Shown in pieces: positions 25,676 through 40,380 of a stretch of 64,000 bases of DNA; position 1 is the first letter of the stretch, and the number at the start of each line of letters is the position of its first letter. The stretch is from NCBI GenBank assembly GCA_964016885.1, contig OZ024750.1:4216001-4280000 (forward strand). The letters are read 5' to 3'. A model generated the notes under the pieces. That model was not told where the DNA came from. It did not search any database and saw only the letters and a program-made list of their open reading frames with translations. This DNA comes from Eledone cirrhosa. Taxonomy: Eukaryota. Both the position numbers and the translations under genes were made by a program.

Positions 25676-26420
25676 GATGAAAATATATTTATTAGAGAAC
25701 AGTAAAGGAAAGCAAAGAATATAAAAGACATTCTACAGATTTTCAAACAAAATAGATTGGTTTCTAAATTGATTGAGTAAATCAGGTTAAGATGAAAGTG
25801 AGATTATTATGATTAAGTTACGTGTGTATGTGTGTGTATATATAGGAATATATGTATATATATATGTGTACATATATATAATATATATGTATATATATGT
25901 ACATATATATAATATATATGTATATATATGTACATATATATAATATATATGTATATATATGTACATATATATAATATATATGTATATATGTATATATATA
26001 TACATATATATAATATATATATGTATATATATAATATATATATAATATATATATATGTATATATATAATATATATGTAGGTACATATATATAATATATAT
26101 ATGTACATATATATATAATATATATATATGTATATATATATAATATATATATATGTATATATGTATAATATATATATATGTACATATATATAATATATAT
26201 ATATGTACACATATATAATATATATATATGTACATATATATAATATATATATATGTACATATATATATAATATATATATGTACATATATATATATGTACA
26301 TATATATATATGTATTATATGGACACACACACACACACACATATTTATATGTACATATATATACACACATATATATATACACATATTTATAAAGAGAGAT
26401 GCATAGATATATACATAAAC
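25160..26420. repeat. TA-rich compound microsatellite blocks
   Basis: Directly visible, with a unique spacer at about 25490-25820. Confidence 0.9.
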
Positions 26421-26631
26421 ACATCCATACATTACAAAGATATAGACATATATATAGGGGGGAGAGAGAGAGAGAGAGAGAGAGAAGAAAACAAAGCAAG
26501 AAAGCGAGAAAAAAGCCCCCCAACATTACAAAGAGTTGCTCTCCATGGTTTCAGAGACAAACAGCAATCAATAATTACATAAAAGAATTTTACAATTAGA
26601 AGAAAAACACAGCGTCTAGGTTTATGTGGGT

Positions 26632-27292
26632 AAACAACAAAGACAACAACACCACCATAGACAACAACAACAACAAAGACAACAACAACACCATAGACAA
26701 CAACAACAACAAAGACAACAACAACACCATAGACAACAACAACACCATAGACAACAACAACAACAACACCATAGACAACAACAACAACAAAGACAACAAC
26801 AACACCATAGACAACAACAACAACAACACCATAGACAACAACAACAACAAAGACAACAACAACACCATAGACAACAACAACAACAACACCATAGACAACA
26901 ACAACACCACCATAGACAACAACAACACCATAGACAACAACAACAACACCATAGACAACAACAACAACAAAGACAACAACACCACCATAGACAACAACAA
27001 CACCATAGACAACAACAACACCACCATAGACAACAACAACACCATAGACAACAACAACACCACCATAGACAACAACAACAACAAAGACAACAACAACACC
27101 ACCATAGACAACAACAACACCATAGACAACAACAACACCACCATAGACAACAACAACACCATAGACAACAACAACACCACCATAGACAACAACAACACCA
27201 TAGACAACAACAACAACACCATAGACAACAACAACAACAACACCATAGACAACAACAACAACAACACCATAGACAACAACAACAACACCAAG
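26632..27292. repeat. (CAA)n array punctuated by CACCATAGA and CAAAGA
   Basis: All units are multiples of 3, which explains the stop-free ORFs in five frames. Confidence 0.95.
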
Positions 27293-27375
27293 ACAATACC
27301 TATGGATGTGTAGAGGTGTAGAGCTAGACAGAGTGTAGTATAATAAAATAAAACAAGGACGAGTGGTTACTCCTC

Positions 27376-27492
27376 CATTACGTTTATTGGTTAGTGATGC
27401 ACGTTTCACTATTGATCAGCTCAAGGTTTGATCTGTATCGATCTGGCCTGACTCTGTAATCAATGGCTCGTCAGACCCCTTTGTTGGTAATG
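27376..27492 (-). ncRNA. Type I hammerhead-like motif with long helix II
   Basis: Reverse strand: ggt CUGACGA (27474-27468) gccattgatta...tgatcaatagt GAAA (27407-27404) cgtgc AUC act; C.A mismatch in helix III. Confidence 0.6.
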
Positions 27493-27507
27493 AGAGAATG
27501 ATGATGA

Positions 27508-27760
27508 TCATCATCATTTAACGTCTATCTTCCACGCTAGCATGGGTTAGACGGGAATTGTCCCACTTGAAGCAAGATTGGTCGGGTGACCATGTCTCGC
27601 TCATATAGGACTATCTGGCAGGTTTTCTACGGCTGGATACTCTTCCTAACATCAACCACGTTTACAGTGTGGGGCTGGGAACTTTTTACCGTGTTACCTA
27701 CACGACCACATATCCGTGTGGACTGTCTATTTTTTATGTTGTGACACCTACATGACGTCA
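27508..27760 (-). mobile_element. RTE-tailed SINE body
   Basis: Reverse homolog of 9781-9941 extended into the 44-bp-repeat region. Confidence 0.8.
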
Positions 27761-27796
27761 TTAGTTTGGACTGGATGTTGTGGTGATTGGATATGT

Positions 27797-27830
<34 letters not shown>

Positions 27831-29259
27831 TCATCATTTTATATCTGCTTTATATATATATATAAGTTTATCCCTGGTTCAATCGGGGGAAACCACAGTA
27901 AGTAAAGTACTCAATACAAAGTATAAATATATATATATATATATATAAGCAAATGTTTGAGTGAATGAAAGAGTTACAAGCCGTTAAAACATGTTTATAT
28001 AGGTCTTACACGTGTTTCACCCATCCTCTCTTATGATACTTTAACCATATTATATATATATATCTATATCTATATACACACACACATGCATGTTCTTGTA
28101 GGTAGGCAGTTGATGACTCAAAGCTATTACTCAGAATGTCTTAAGTGTTCATTTCTTTCATGTGTGCGTATGTGTGTGTATGTGTGTGTATGTGTGCATA
28201 TGTGTGTGTGCACATGCATGTATACACATGCATGTATTCAGATATACATATATGATATATAAGTATACCCATGAATTACTTGGCAATTAAAACCATATTA
28301 TGTACACACACATACATACAAACATAAACACACACACAAAGATACATACACATTCATACACAAAACAAACACACACACATATACACACACACATACATAC
28401 ATATACACACACATACACAAAACTAACACACACACATATACACACACATATACATACAAACAAACACACACATAAACACACACACACAAACACATACATT
28501 CACAAACAAACACATACACACAAACTTAAACACACATGCACAGACTTCAAGAGATAAGGAATACAAAAACAGCATCAAAACAAAAAAATATAAATAAACA
28601 AATTAAAGAAGAAGAAGAAGAAGAAGAAGAAGAAGAAGAAGAAGAAGAAGAAAAAAACTAATGACTAAACCAGAGTCAATTGAATTCCTATCATTCAAGA
28701 TTCTGGACAATAAATAAATCCTTTACCAGAAAACCAATCACCATATTTCACCTTCTCTCAGATGTGACCTTATCAAAATATATCCAGCAGCCACCATATT
28801 TAAAGATAATTGGCCTCATGTCAAAATAATACAGTTCTTGTATATCTCTTCATTCTTCATAATTAGCTTCGTTTAATTTCCTATCCAAGCCGAATATGCC
28901 AAAATATGCCACACAGGACCCAATAGAACCATTTCTTGCCAACTATCAGCTCTATGGACCTTTATTTATTTAATATTTATTTATTTGATTTTGTTTTTTT
29001 TACCTAGTTTTTGTTTTATTTTGTTGTTTTCTTTTGGTTTTGTTTTTTCGGTTTTTTTTTTTTCAGTTTTAGGTTTTTTCAAAGAGCTAAATTATTGGCA
29101 CCAGCCACACCCAGGTGTTATTAGATGTGGATGTGGCTTATGACACATAAGGGAGCAACTGTGGTTCTTTTTCTTTTTTTTAATTGGTCGAGATCAAAGT
29201 GCATGGAAGAGAAATACAATATTTGTACACAACAATTATCTTGTGTTGACTAACAGAGC

Positions 29260-29365
<106 letters not shown>

Positions 29366-29368
29366 CAT

Positions 29369-29700
29369 ATGGCTTAGTGGTTAGAGCATTGGTCTTGCAA
29401 TCGAAAGGTTGTGAGTTCAATTCTCAGACTGGGTGATGTGTTGTTTCCTTGAGCAAGACACTTTATTTCACATTGCTCCAGTTTACTCAGCTGTAGAAAT
29501 GAGATGATAGGGGCTGGGGTCCATATCATTCCACTGCAAAGTGGTCGTGGAGGTGCCACGGAAAAAAAGCACCCAGCACTCACTGTAAATGAGTTGGTGT
29601 TAGGAAGGGCATCCAGCTGTAGAAATCAAGCCAGAATCAGTTCCCGTCACACCACTGCAAGCAGGGAAAAAGCGGACGTGAAATGAAATGAAATGAAATG
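29369..29700 (+). mobile_element. Near full-length SINE group B with RTE-type tail
   Basis: Matches 21819-22180; tail ends in (GAAAT)n. Confidence 0.85.
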
Positions 29701-30784
29701 ATATATATATATATATATATATCATTTCATTTAATTTCATTATATATATATATATACACACACACATATATACATATCATCATCACCGTTTTACATCCAT
29801 TTTCCCCACTAGCATACATACATACATATATATCGATTGTGTTGTTATTTCTGTTTACCTTTTACATATATATATATATACACACATAGATATATACATA
29901 TATGTATATACAAAAAAGAAGGATCTTTATAACATGTATAAAATATAGATGATAGTGAAGCTTGCTTTCTGTTTTTAGATTTTCAAAACATTTCTTTTAA
30001 GATTAAATTGTCCTTTCGTTTGAAGAGGTGAGAAAGTTCTGGTCAGATATGTCTGGTTTAAATGCTAAAGGGTTAAAAGATATAGTATTTGCATTGTATA
30101 GTCCTTGTTCCCCACAACTGACAAATGTAATATTTCCTTTAATCCCTCTTTAGCAGATGAGACGAGAACTATTCATATTATATTTATTTCATAGCAATAA
30201 TTCTGCTATAATAAATGTCAGTGAATGGAAGAATTGGTAGAGTGACAGACAAAATTCCTTAGAGTAGTTAGTTACGGCTCTTTACATCGTGTGTTGAAAA
30301 CCCACCTATGTTGACTTTACCTTTTATCATACCAGGGTTGATAAAACAAAATACTAGCCAAGTACCAGGGTGGATTTAATCAACTGTTCCACCCCACAAA
30401 ATACATGGCTTTATGCCAATATAAAAACATATCTTTCTGCTACAAGAAAAAAAAAAAACCTCAACAAAATAAGTAAAACAAATACAAAAATATCGAGATA
30501 AAAGCTTATTTTTTTTTTTTTTATATTTGGCTTTGGCCTGAGGTGTTTATGGGTTGATTCCAATCCTTCCTATGTGATGTCCATCACTTAGGACAGTCCA
30601 ACTAATAAGTCTTCATGCTTGTGTCAAATGTAGTTTAAACTGAGGTCAGAATTTAATATGAAGACAGCTTTTCATTTCATTACCAACAACAAACAAAGAA
30701 ATAATAGCTATGAATATTGTTAACTAACTCCAAATATTGCAGCCTACTACAGTGAAGACCTCTCTCTCTCTCTCTATATATATA

Positions 30785-30905
30785 TATTCAGCACAGCATC
30801 TCTCCACTCATCACGAAGGACCGTGACGAGTGGAGAGATGCTGTGTTGAATAAGACTCGTCCCACCCTTGCAAGCAGGGAAAGGCGGACGTAAAATGATG
30901 ATGAT
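30785..30905 (+). mobile_element. RTE 3' end with fold-back at the truncation point
   Basis: Palindrome 30785-30852, then cgtcccacccttgcaagcagggaaaggcggacgtaaa(atg)n. Confidence 0.75.
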
Positions 30906-31334
30906 CATGATGATATTATAAAGAACAGGAAATCAGTGTTGCATGATATCACATTTATTAACATATTACATATGTTTCTCCGTTGATCAGCTCGAGGTAA
31001 GATCTGTTACAGATCGAATCGGAATACCGCCTACAGACGCATTTACCTGACAACTCTCTCTCTCTCTATATATATAGAGAGAGAAATCTCTTTCTTTCTC
31101 TATATGTTAATAGGTAGTGCTGGTGTCACAATCAAATGCACCAAGCCGACACTCTAAAGTGGTAGTGTTGGTGTCATGAAAATAGCACGCAATATAACCT
31201 GTCAGGTGATAGTGCTGGTGCCATACTAAAATGCCCCCAGCTCACACTTATAGTAGTCATTCTAGTCCCACAATTAAATGCACCTAACCAACACTGTAAA
31301 GTGGTAGTGATGGTGGCATGAGAAAATGTAATAT

Positions 31335-31650
31335 AGATGTACAAAAGTCCAGATGTCCACAGTACAGATTACAAAAGTACAGATGTTCACAGAACAGATG
31401 TCCACCATTACAGATGTACACAGTACAGATGTCCACAGTACAAATGTACAAAAGTACAAATGTCAACAGTACAGATGGTCACAGTACAGATGTCCACAGT
31501 CCAGATGGCCACCATTACAGATGTACAATAGTACAGATGTCCACCATTACAGATGTACAATAGTACAGATGTCCACCATTACAGATGTACAATAGTACAG
31601 ATGTCCACCATTACAGATGTACAAAAGTACAGATGGCCACAGTACACAGT
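31335..31650. repeat. Minisatellite with 15-16-bp subunits forming a 32-bp unit
   Basis: accattacagatgtacaatagtacagatgtcc. Confidence 0.9.
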
Positions 31651-32288
31651 ACATAAAGATGTATTAGACTCTAACAAGTCCAATGTAAAACCATGTATTC
31701 AGTGGTTGAGTCTGGTCAGATTTGATAGAAATATCTTTTATGACTGTAACACAGCAGCCACCATCATTATTTCATTACTAATTGAAGCAGATCAATTATC
31801 TTGGTAGAGATAAGACTAATATTACCAATATTTATATATTATCAATATTTATATACATACATACATACATACATACACACACATGTGAGGTTATGCGCAC
31901 ACACATACACAATCACACTAACACAAACTATCATGTGACGTTACACACACACAAACACTAGTGCATGGTTATGAACACACACATACATATATACACGCAT
32001 GAAAGATTACACATGACCACATTCATGCAAGCTTACACACACATACAAGCTCTCACAATCACCTTCTTTCTCTTACACACACACACTGACATTCACACAT
32101 TCCTTCACTTACTCTCTCCTACACACACCCTGACATACACACATACACACACTGACATACACACACACACATACACACACACACACACACAGACACACAT
32201 ACACACACTGGTGCAAACAATGTTACTTTCATATTTATGATAAAGGCTTAGAATTTAATGAATGAGATTGTGTAATCTTGAGGCCTTT

Positions 32289-32752
32289 GTCAAGGTTGTT
32301 ATCAACATAAACCAAAATCAGACTTGAAACTTGGTTCAAGCTGAACTCTAGTGTCAAGGTTGTTATCAACATAAACCAAAATCAGACTTGAAACTTGGTT
32401 CAAGCTGAACTCTAGTGTCAAGGTTGTTATCAACATAAACCAAAATCAGACTTGAAACTTGGTTCAAGTTAAACTCTAGTGTCAAGGTTGTTATCAACAT
32501 GAACCAAAATCAGACTTGAAACTTGGTTCAAGTTAAACTCTAGTGTCAAGGTTGTTATCAATATGAACCAAAACCAGACTCGAAACTTGGTTCAAGCTGA
32601 ACTCTAGTGTCAAGGTTGTTATCAACATGAATCAAAATTAGACTCAAAACTTGGTTCAAATTAAACTCTAATGTCAAGGTTGTTATCAACATAAACCAAA
32701 ATTAGAAGTGAAATGGTTACAATCAAGACTTGAAACATGGTGGAAGCTGAAC
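32289..32752. repeat. 64-bp minisatellite, about 7 copies
   Basis: gtcaaggttgttatcaacataaaccaaaatcagacttgaaacttggttcaagctgaactctagt at 32289, 32353, 32417 and onward. Confidence 0.95.
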
Positions 32753-32969
32753 TTTAATCTATAGTTGTTAGTTACACACAGATACCTTGATATCATATAA
32801 AGTAGTGATATGAATTAGTTCATATACCTTTGTAAACGACAACCAATACAAACAAACCAGCCAAAGTCAATAGACTGATATTGATATTTCTAACATATTA
32901 AATATCAAAGGTGAAATGGTACAAGTTAGCAAGTCTATATAGCAAGCAGCTAATTATGGTATAAATTCA

Positions 32970-33030
<61 letters not shown>

Positions 33031-33371
33031 GATGGGGTGAATAGATAGATAACACTACAGTAAAGAGATAGCAGTACAAATAGAGATAAAAATTGATTAA
33101 GTTATGGTAGATATAGTGATTAAAAAATAGACCATAAGCTTGGTGTATCAACACACTAATGGTTTCTGTTGATATAGTTTAGAAGACAAGATGAGCTTAG
33201 TAAAAAATATCACTGACCTAGTTAGCTAAAAAAAGAACAAAATTCCATTATTATTTTTTCTAATATGAAAATCTGTCAACTAGTTGATAATAGATTTATA
33301 ATTATAGATTATAAGTTGTTATTAGTTTATATCATAAATAAGGAATGATCTAGTGAAAGTAGATATGTATA

Positions 33372-33580
33372 ATATGGGAGACAGCACAATATGAGAGATG
33401 GTATGATATGGGAGAGGGTTTGATATGGGAGAGGGTTTGATATGGGAGAAGGTATGATATGGGAGAGGGTTTGATATGGGAGAGGGTTTGATATGGGAGA
33501 GGGTTTGATATGGGAGAGGGTACAATATGAGAGACAGTGTGACATGAGAAACAGTACGATATGGGAGAGGGTTTGATATG
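33372..33580. repeat. 17-bp minisatellite
   Basis: gatatgggagagggttt, about 12 copies. Confidence 0.9.
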
Positions 33581-33872
33581 ATGCGACTGAATTATTTCTT
33601 TCTCCTTTGTTTTCTTATTACGTGTTCTAGTGCCAAAGACAAGACATTTAAAAGAGATTACTGAAGTATAACTTGATTCAACAAAGTTGCTGACAGTTCT
33701 AAGATGAGTTATAGATTTGTATATTTACTGGTCTAGTAAACAATGAGACGAAAGACGACAACTAGATCATGCAGCCGACACTCAACAAAAGTAATGCTTT
33801 ATTGGAAATCTATAAGTGTGTCAAATTATTGCTGTTAAGTAATGTTAACTGAGCAATATATTAACTAAGTTT

Positions 33873-33917
<45 letters not shown>

Positions 33918-35044
33918 TCATCTAACGTTTACAGGGAGGTTACATTTTCAGTTTTCTAAATGTTTTTGTTGTCACTTTTGCAAAAGCTTTTGGCAAACTG
34001 AAAGTCCAACTCCCAACAAAAATTAGATGTATAGTATTATTTCACGAAGTATAATAGGATTTCCTGGAGAGGAGAGAGGCTCCACCAGGTTTACAAAGGC
34101 CCTAGTAACACTGTATGTTAATATGGCACCCTTACAACTTCTTCGGAGTTACGGGGGGTCATGCATGCATAATATGATTTAAAAACAATGTAGCATGCTT
34201 TGAATTTTGTTTGGAATTACTGATGTTCACCCAAACAGAACTTTATAAATTATTGATGCTTTTGGTGCATTGTAAATGTAAAAAAAATCACCTATTGTAG
34301 GTAAGGCAACCAGTCTAAAACAGATGGGAATAGTTATGGAGAAAAAGGTTACTGAATGCTTGATAATGTTTCATAAAACTAAACACGAGTTAAATATTTA
34401 TTTCTATGTATCATCATTATAAAGTATTCAAACGAATGTACCTTAGACACTTCATATCGAGGTAAATAGAGTTACTACTTAAAATTCCTGCTTGCACATG
34501 ATACAGACTAGTGAATAATTGACAAGTGAAGTCTTTACATTCAATAAAAAGAAGGATATAGTTTAACTCTTTTGATACCAAACTGCCTGAAACAGAACCT
34601 GCTTCTGTAAGAATCTTTTTTAAGTTATGATGAAAACACCAGCTTAATGGTTTCTGATTGAGGCACAATGCCAACAATTTTTTGGAAGAGAGGAAATTAA
34701 CATTTTACTATGAAGCATTGTGAGATATGTAATAAAAGACCAATAATTTTCAAAAAGCCGGTACAATGTGGTAGAAAAATACAAAGGGCAAATCCTATGT
34801 TTTACCTAGTATATTTCAGGGCTATTACCTTCTTTTCAAATGTGGAGCTGAATAAGTTTAAGACAAAACAAACAATGTGTTCTTCCTTAACTGGCCGGTG
34901 TGTCTGAAATATGTTTCAGTTCCACATTTGAAAAGTAGGTATTAGCCCTGAAATATCATGTTGAAATATACGGGGTAAAACATTACTTTGTTCTGTTATA
35001 TTTCTCATCATTAACCCTTTGAAGTTTTTTAACTGCATTGTACT

Positions 35045-35227
35045 GGCAGGAGACCCGGGGGTAGATCCAAGCAAGATGGTTGGATAACATTCAAGAGCTT
35101 GGCTGGTCTCACTTGGGGATCCAGCTGAATCAGTTGGAGACAGTGGCTTCTGACAGGACCTGTTGGGAGGAGTGTTTGAGGACTCTGCCCCCATGACCCT
35201 CTCATGAATAAGTGGGTGAAGAAGAAG
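35045..35227 (+). pseudogene. RTE (Expander/Rex3-like) LINE C-terminus and tail
   Basis: GRRPGGRS/RWLDNIQELGWSHLGIQLNQLETVASDRTCWEECLRTLPP*P, then (GAA)n; resembles the W..LGI...E.VA..R..W...L..LPPRP ending of this clade. Confidence 0.75.
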
Positions 35228-35746
35228 ACTGTACCGGATTTTGGAAAATGATCTGCCTTATATAACATCTTATTATTTTCATACATTTTAACAGGTAATG
35301 GTCTGGGTATAATGTAAACGGTTCCATACCAATTAATGGCTTCTTTTAAAAGCTATTTAATGGATAGCCAACAAAACAGAGAGGAAACAAACTAAGTACT
35401 ATAGTGTTTTAAAAAAACTTCATATTGTAGTTAATGGAAGTTAACTTTAAATAGAAATCGTTTTCTAGTAGACAAAAGTTTTTTTATACAATGGATAGGA
35501 AAAGTATGAATGGCTATTAGAAAACTTTCAGTTAAGAAAGAAGTTGGACATGAAAGAGACAGACGGAAATTTCATGGGAAACTTTTTCAACAGTTACAAA
35601 ATTAACTTCAAAGATATAAAAAGTTTTGAGTTTGAGGAGGGGTAATGAAAAAAACAGAAATCACAGTGAATTTTTGTCATGAGATCATACGGAATGGGAT
35701 TGTCCCACCCATACACATAGAGGTCATTTAAGTGTAGAAAGATGTG

Positions 35747-35825
<79 letters not shown>

Positions 35826-36054
35826 CATATATATATATACATATATACATATACATATATACATATATATATATACATATATACATATACATATATACAT
35901 ATACATATATACATATATATATATACATATATACATATATACATATATATATATATACATATATATATATACATATATACATATATATATATATACATAT
36001 ATACATATATATATATACATATATATATATACATATATATATATACATATATAC

Positions 36055-36085
<31 letters not shown>

Positions 36086-36626
36086 CATACAGATCTCTGT
36101 TTTGTTTCGTTAATATATAACTAGTGGATACAGTATCATGAAACCAAGAGGCTCAGAATGAAGTTAACTGTTGGTGAGAAAAAGGAAAAAGTTCAATATA
36201 TTGCAAGGGTTCACTCAATAATGTTTGTGGAGAAGACCTCAGAGAGTAGCAAAAGTCACCCAATAAGGTTGTGAGACAAAATAAAAATAAAAAATAAAAA
36301 TATCAAAAAAAGAAAATTAGGTGTGGTGCCAATGAATTGTAAACTGATTCTTGGCTAATCTTTTTTTCTTTTTTAACATTTGACATTAAATTTTCAGAAC
36401 AATGGAGTAAATTTCCAGTCAGCCATTTGTATTTTGATTTTGGGTTGAAATGAAATCAATTCATTTACAATGTTTTTTTTGTGTTTTTAAGGAAATAAAC
36501 AATCAGACAATTTCAATAAAGTTTTCTATATTTTGGGCAATTTGTGACAGAAAACAAACAAACAAAACAAAATCAAAACAGATACAGAAAAGTGTTCATG
36601 TCAGCATTATTCAGTTATAAAATATA

Positions 36627-36808
36627 ATTGTTTCTACTTTTGGCACAAGGCCAGCAATTACTCAGTGCATTACTGGTACTTTATTTTATCGCCCCTGTAA
36701 GGATGAAAGGCAAAGTTAACCTCGGCGGGATTTGAACTCAGAATGGCAAGGACCTTAACTCTATGCGTCAAAGCATGGCGTCCGACCCTCTACCGATACT
36801 GCCAATCC
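36627..36808 (-). mobile_element. SINE group A
   Basis: Reverse homolog of 48262-48450. Confidence 0.85.
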
Positions 36809-36852
36809 TTCAATTTCAAAATGGTGCTTTTAGGCTGTATTTTATATCATTT

Positions 36853-37050
36853 AATAATAATAATGAAATTAATGTGCACTACAACTCATCAAAGGTGCAT
36901 GTATAGTACATAGGTGCATGTATAGTACATAGAATAATATACAAATGTCAGGAAAGTGAATAGTGTATGAGTCATGATATACATGTGTGCGTGTGTATGT
37001 GTATGGAGGGGGATATTAGGTGTAGTGTTGGGGAATCTCAGGAAGCATGG
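36853..37050 (-). mobile_element. Probable LINE 3' end (CR1/L2-like) with (ATT)n tail
   Basis: Second copy at 49700-49860; the clade is inferred from tail style only. Confidence 0.5.
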
Positions 37051-37319
37051 ATATGTCTGTTATACAACAGGTAAATTGAGTTAATTTCATTTTAATATCC
37101 AGGCCATAACAGAGCTCAACTTAATCAGTCGCACATCAAACATGCTTCACATTGCTTTCTTCTTCTTCTTCTTCTTGTTTTGCATTGTAAATAACAGTTA
37201 ATGTAGTCAAGGTATGCAGAAGTGTCATAGTAATTGTTTCAACTTTTGGCACAAGGCCAGCAATTACCTCAGTACATTACTGGTACTTTATTTTATCAAC
37301 CCTGTAAGGATGAAAGGTA

Positions 37320-37780
37320 ACACAAACACACACACACATGCACACTAAGCTATATATATACACAGACACATGGACACTAAGCTATATATAGACACACAGA
37401 CACATGGACACTAAGCTATATATATACACACACACACATGGACACTAAGCTATATATATATACACACACACACACATGGACACAGCTATATATATACACA
37501 CACAGACACATGGACACTAAGCTATATATATACACACACACACATGGACACTAAGCTATATATATACACACACACACACATGGACACAGCTATATATATA
37601 CACACACAGACATGCACACTAAGCTATATACACACACACCAAGCTATATATATATATACACACACAGACACACACTAAGCTATATATATATATACACACA
37701 GACACATGCACACTAAGCTATATATATATATACACACACAGACACACACACACACTAAGCTATATACACACATACACACA
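37320..37780. repeat. Minisatellite CATGGACACTAAGC(TA)n(CA)n
   Basis: Directly visible. Confidence 0.9.
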
Positions 37781-38261
37781 CACAAATACAACAACCCACC
37801 TGCTTAGTTGATTATGGTCAGATACAATATATTTATAGCAAGCAGCAAGCTTGTGATCCAAAAATATGTATGATTAGTTGCAACTTAACCAACTTGCATG
37901 CTGCCTTAAGGCCAAACCACACACACAGTTATTAGCTGTTAGTGAATAAAACACCCCTCTTTATCTTTCAAGTACAACCATAATAGTAAAGCAGGCTGCT
38001 ATCAAATATTTACATTTATGTGATAAGATAGTCTGTGTTAATAATATATTTTATGGTAGATTGTTAACAACAGTAGTAAAATATAAACAAACACCACCCC
38101 ACTTATGGCAGATGCTTATCCATATAAGAGAAGGACCACTTATTTCTAAACAGACATATATATTCTATATTTGACTATTTGATTTACTGATTAACAAACA
38201 TATGAAGAGAAAAACAGATTTTATTTTATCTTTCCCCTCAATATATATATGTGTGTGTGTG

Positions 38262-38307
<46 letters not shown>

Positions 38308-38702
38308 TGTGTGTGAATATATATATGTGTGTGTGTGTGTATATATATATACATATATGCGTGTGTGTGTATATATATATATGTGTGTGTATATATATAT
38401 ATATAGACAAGTCAATTTAAAGTCAAGCAGTTTATTTCATAACTATCATCATCATCATTTAACATCCGCTTTCCCTGCTAGTAAGGGTTTTATATATATA
38501 TATATATATATATGGAAAATTATATTTAAATTGTTGGGTTACAACTAGTAAATATTTATAACTGATATAAAAGCACTCAACAAGTATTTGGAGTATATTT
38601 ACGATATTAAATAAATGGAAACTATATTTATTTCAAATTCAAATTTCAAATACAAGTCGATGTTGAACGGTATGTCAAATCTATTTATCTATAAAACTGT
38701 CT

Positions 38703-38780
38703 ATATTGTATTTTGTCTGAAGAAGGCATAACATATTGTTAATATGATATCCCTGAAATATATATAATGAAATAAATATG
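38703..38780 (+). ncRNA. Minimal type I hammerhead ribozyme (C.C subfamily)
   Basis: tattttgt CUGAAGA (38717-38723) agg-C-ata.catatt/aatatg.tat-C-cct GAAA (38755-38758) UAUAUAUA atgaaata. Confidence 0.8.
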
Positions 38781-38831
38781 GTTTTATAAATATAGTTTCC
38801 ATTTATTTAATATCGTATATATATATATATA

Positions 38832-39040
38832 TTAGACGGGAATTGTCCTGCTTGAGACAAGATTGGTCGGGTGACCGGGTCTTGCTCATATAGGACTATC
38901 TCTTAGAAAACCTGCCAGATAGTCCTATACCAGTGAGACACGGTCACCCAGCCAATCTTGCCTCAAGTGGGACAATTCCATCTAACCCATGCTAGCGTGG
39001 AAGATGGACGTTGAACGATGATGATGATGATGATGATGAT
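38832..39040. mobile_element. Two RTE-tailed SINE pieces in inverted orientation
   Basis: 38832-38900 is the reverse complement of 38916-38986. Confidence 0.8.
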
Positions 39041-39149
39041 AATATATATATATATATATGCATACACACACAAATATGTATATATACATATGCACATATA
39101 TACATATGTATATATATATTTATATACCTAGCAGGGAAAACAGATGTTA

Positions 39150-39835
39150 AAGTGGTTGTGTATGTGTCATGATAAAACGTACCCAGTCCACACTGCAAAG
39201 TGGTCATGTAGGTGTCACAACAACACCCAGTCCACAACGTAAAGTGGTCATGTAGGTGTCACAACAACACCCAGTCTACACTGTAAAGTGGTCATGTAGG
39301 TGTCACAACAATAACACCCAGTCTACACTGTAAAGTGGTCATGTAGGTGTCACAACAACACCCAGTCCACAACGTAAAGTGGTCATGTAGCTGTCACAAC
39401 AATAACACCCAGTCTACACTGTAAAGTGGTCATGTAGGTGTCACAACAACACCCAGTCCACACCGTAAAGTAGTCATGTAGGTGTCACAACAATAACACC
39501 CAGTCCACACCGTAAAGTGGTCATGTAGGTGTCACAACAATAACACCCAGTCCACACCGTAAAGTGGTCATGTAGGTGTTACAACAAAAGGTACCCAGTC
39601 CACACTGTAAAGTGGTCATGTAGGTGTCACAACAACACCCAGTCCACAACGTAAAGTGGTCATGTAGGTGTCACAACAAAAGGTACCCAGTCCACACTGT
39701 AAAGTGGTCATGTAGGTGTCACAACAACACCCAGTCCACACCGTAAAGTGGTCATGTAGGTGTCACAACAACACCCAGTCCACAACGTAAAGTGGTCATG
39801 TAGGTGTCACAACAAAAGGTACCCAGTCCACACTA
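39150..39835. repeat. 44/47-bp minisatellite derived from a SINE internal repeat, about 15 copies
   Basis: aaagtggtcatgtaggtgtcacaacaacacccagtccacactgt; compare 21985-22085. Confidence 0.9.
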
Positions 39836-40021
39836 CTACTACTACCACTACTACTACTACTACTGATAGATTAAGATAACCACAATTACTACCACTATCA
39901 CCACCACTACTACCACCACTACTACTACTACCACTACCACTACTACCACTACTACTACTGATATATGAAGAAGTGTTGAGACAATGTCAAAATATTGTCC
40001 AGTTTGAAAGACAAGCTAAGC

Positions 40022-40102
<81 letters not shown>

Positions 40103-40240
40103 CATATATATTAAAGAGTTAAACAAGATTCAATGAGTACATCAAAGAATGAGTTTTACAGTAGATTGGAAGCACTCTACAAGAAATATTTTCCAGAGTT
40201 ATTAGCCATCTACCATGTCAGGGTTTGTCATGTATCATTT

Positions 40241-40307
40241 TATTTTATCTGATGAGGACGTACTGTTGAACTTAATTCAGTACCTCTGAAATATGTATAA
40301 TCAAATT
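40241..40307 (+). ncRNA. Minimal type I hammerhead ribozyme (C.C subfamily)
   Basis: tattttat CUGAUGA (40249-40255) gga-C-gtactg/cagtac-C-tct GAAA (40288-40291) UAUGUAUA atcaaat. Confidence 0.75.
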
Positions 40308-40349
40308 TAACTGATCAGAAGAATATCTATTTTTGTTAATATTTGAATT

Positions 40350-40380
<31 letters not shown>

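Noticed and set aside
26432-27409. Poly-Q/H, poly-N, poly-C and VVVYG ORFs resembling structural proteins
   Set aside because: A triplet-based (CAA)n array open in five frames, with no splice signals or unique coding flanks
33930-34800. Unique-looking stretch that might be a decayed transposase or exon
   Set aside because: Frequent stops in the frames I read and no recognisable motif; it needs a translated search
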